DNA of 24,000 nucleotides from Streptomyces sp. NPDC050704 (GTDB lineage Bacteria; Actinomycetota; Actinomycetes; Streptomycetales; Streptomycetaceae): the NCBI RefSeq assembly GCF_040654355.1, contig NZ_JBFAHW010000110.1, positions 1-24,000 on the forward strand, written 5' to 3'. Both the position numbers and the translations under genes were made by a program. The notes beneath the pieces are model-generated. The model saw only the letters and a program-made list of their open reading frames with translations. It had not been told where the DNA came from and searched no databases. Positions 22,916 through 24,000 of the stretch are shown here, in pieces; within the stretch, counting starts at the first letter, position 1, and each line of letters begins with the position of its first letter.

Positions 22916-22927
22916 GGTCCTAGGACC
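22916..22927. promoter_or_regulatory. perfect 12-nt palindrome GGTCCTAGGACC upstream of flavin reductase (candidate operator)
   Basis: Read directly, 56-67 nt upstream of the flavin reductase start. GT-N6-AC architecture is compatible with GntR-type operators. No regulator is assigned. Confidence 0.3.
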
Positions 22928-23041
22928 ACCGACGGACGCGGCCCACGCTCTCTACCAGGAGTGCGCACATGTCACACAAATTTGCGCTCAGTAAACGCCC
23001 GGCGAAAACACGGAAACTCTACTCAATTGTTCATGTTCTGT

Positions 23042-23057
23042 TGTGACTTGAGTCACA
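23042..23057. promoter_or_regulatory. CRP/FNR-family-type operator, perfect TGTGA-N6-TCACA palindrome
   Basis: TGTGACTTGAGTCACA read directly. Sits in the relatively AT-rich divergent intergenic region, 169 nt upstream of the GAF-PAS gene start and 182 nt upstream of the flavin reductase start. Overlaps a possible TTGTGA-N16-CATATT promoter. Confidence 0.5.
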
Positions 23058-23225
23058 GGTGCCATATTTTGTTGACCCTGTGTACCGAGTGAGCAGCGCG
23101 CTGTGATTCAGTGGCGGGGGCGCTGCAATCAGTACGCGCCAGTAGGCGCGATCAGTGGGCGATGAGTACCGACGAGAAGCCTGGATAACTCTGGAGTTGC
23201 TGTCGAGGTCTCGGGGAGAGCGAGC

Positions 23226-24000
23226 ATGGAGACCGAGTCGGAGCCGTACGTCCGCCTTGCGACCCTGCGGCAGCTGCATCAGGTCATGGCGGACATGAAC
23301 ACGGCCCGCAGCTTGGCCGACACGCTTCAGACCGTCGCCGACGGAGTCGTGAACGGTCTCGGCTACGAACTGGCCTGCGTCAACCTCGTACGGCCCGACG
23401 GCGATCTCGTGGTCGCCGCCCTCGCGGGCAACTCCGCCGCCGAGGCACTCATCACCGGACGCGTCGGCTCCCGCGCCTCCTGGGACCGACGGCTGACCAT
23501 GGGCGAGGCCTGGGGCGATCTGCGCTTCATACCGCACACCGAGGGCTGGGTCCTCGACGAGGACGACGTCCCGCAGTGGTACACCGACGGGCCCGCGCCG
23601 CGCTTCGAGGACGAGTGGCACCCCGCCGACCGCCTCTTCGCCCCCATGCACACCCCGGGCGTCTCCGGCGGCTCCAACGGCGAGCTGATAGGCGTCCTGT
23701 CCGTGGACCGGCCGCGCAACGGCCGCCGGCCGGGCGCCTGGGGGCGGGAAGCGTTGCAGATGTACGCGTTCCAGGCCGCCATCGCGATCAGCAACGCCCG
23801 GCTCCGGGCCAACATGCAGCGCGCACTGGTCAGGCTGGAGAGGGAACAGCAGGCTCTGCGCGCCAGTGAAGAGAGCTTTCGGCAGGCCTTCGAGTACGCG
23901 CCCTCCGGCATGGCCGTCGCCGAGATGGGCGGCGACCAGCACGGCCGGATCCTGCGGACGAACGACGCGCTGTGCCGCCTGCTCGGCCGCCCAGCCTCCG
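23226..24000 (+). CDS. GAF-PAS sensor protein, 5' part (continues past window end; probably a GGDEF/EAL-type c-di-GMP enzyme)
   Basis: Not in the ORF track because no stop is reached. ATG at 23226 after GGGGAGAG. My own translation reads METESEPYVRLATLRQLHQVMADMNTARSLADTLQTVADGVVNGLGYELACVNLVRPDGDLVVAA...IGVLSVDRP (GAF-like), then a coiled linker, then SEESFRQAFEYAPSGMAVAEM (PAS start). G/C-rich third positions. The output domain is not visible. Confidence 0.75.
   Translation, partial: METESEPYVRLATLRQLHQVMADMNTARSLADTLQTVADGVVNGLGYELACVNLVRPDGDLVVAALAGNSAAEALITGRVGSRASWDRRLTMGEAWGDLRFIPHTEGWVLDEDDVPQWYTDGPAPRFEDEWHPADRLFAPMHTPGVSGGSNGELIGVLSVDRPRNGRRPGAWGREALQMYAFQAAIAISNARLRANMQRALVRLEREQQALRASEESFRQAFEYAPSGMAVAEMGGDQHGRILRTNDALCRLLGRPAS

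Noticed and set aside
22970-22996. Third TGTCACA heptamer, a possible ECF41-type -35.
   Set aside because: Sixteen nt downstream the sequence is AAAC, and there is no CGTC-like -10 at 15-17 nt. It is probably a chance occurrence in the AT-richer intergenic region.
23042-23057. BldD box upstream of a CdgB-like gene.
   Set aside because: The BldD consensus as I recall it is TNAC-N5-GTNA. Here the matching half-sites are TGAC-N4-GTCA, so the spacing is one base short. The CRP-type reading (TGTGA-N6-TCACA) fits exactly, so I report that instead.

Overview
Very high-G+C, Streptomyces-like actinobacterial chromosomal DNA.

- **1-7.3 kb, conserved core:** cysS, rlmB, a DoxX-domain membrane protein, a sugar-phosphate nucleotidyltransferase, a small membrane-anchored protein, and the multi-sugar ABC ATPase msiK. 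The msiK upstream region holds a DasR dre-like box inside a repeat/hairpin module.
- **About 7.5-9.15 kb:** a stand-alone tnpB (IS200/IS605-type RNA-guided nuclease) with catalytic residues apparently intact and no tnpA. It is followed by tRNA-Thr(UGU) at 9226-9302.
- **tRNA to about 19.8 kb, accessory-looking block:** mostly single-gene units from small-molecule-modifying or resistance-associated families. These are a blasticidin-S-deaminase-like cytidine deaminase, an FAD oxidoreductase + alpha/beta hydrolase operon, an APH(6)-type kinase carrying a 58-nt homopurine insertion, a GNAT flanked by G-rich tandem repeats, an FAD oxidoreductase + quinone reductase operon, an orphan pentapeptide-repeat protein, an unknown protein, an M1 lipoprotein peptidase and a second GNAT.
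- **Right end:** terD, arfB, an ECF41-like sigma factor preceded by an exact TGTCACA-N16-CGTC motif, a flavin reductase, and the 5' part of a GAF-PAS sensor gene. That gene lies downstream of a perfect CRP-type palindrome (TGTGA-N6-TCACA).

No rRNA, CRISPR array, integrase or tnpA was seen. Many long ORFs in the supplied track are antisense or off-frame artefacts typical of GC-rich DNA. All functional calls rest on motif recognition by eye. No database search was run.
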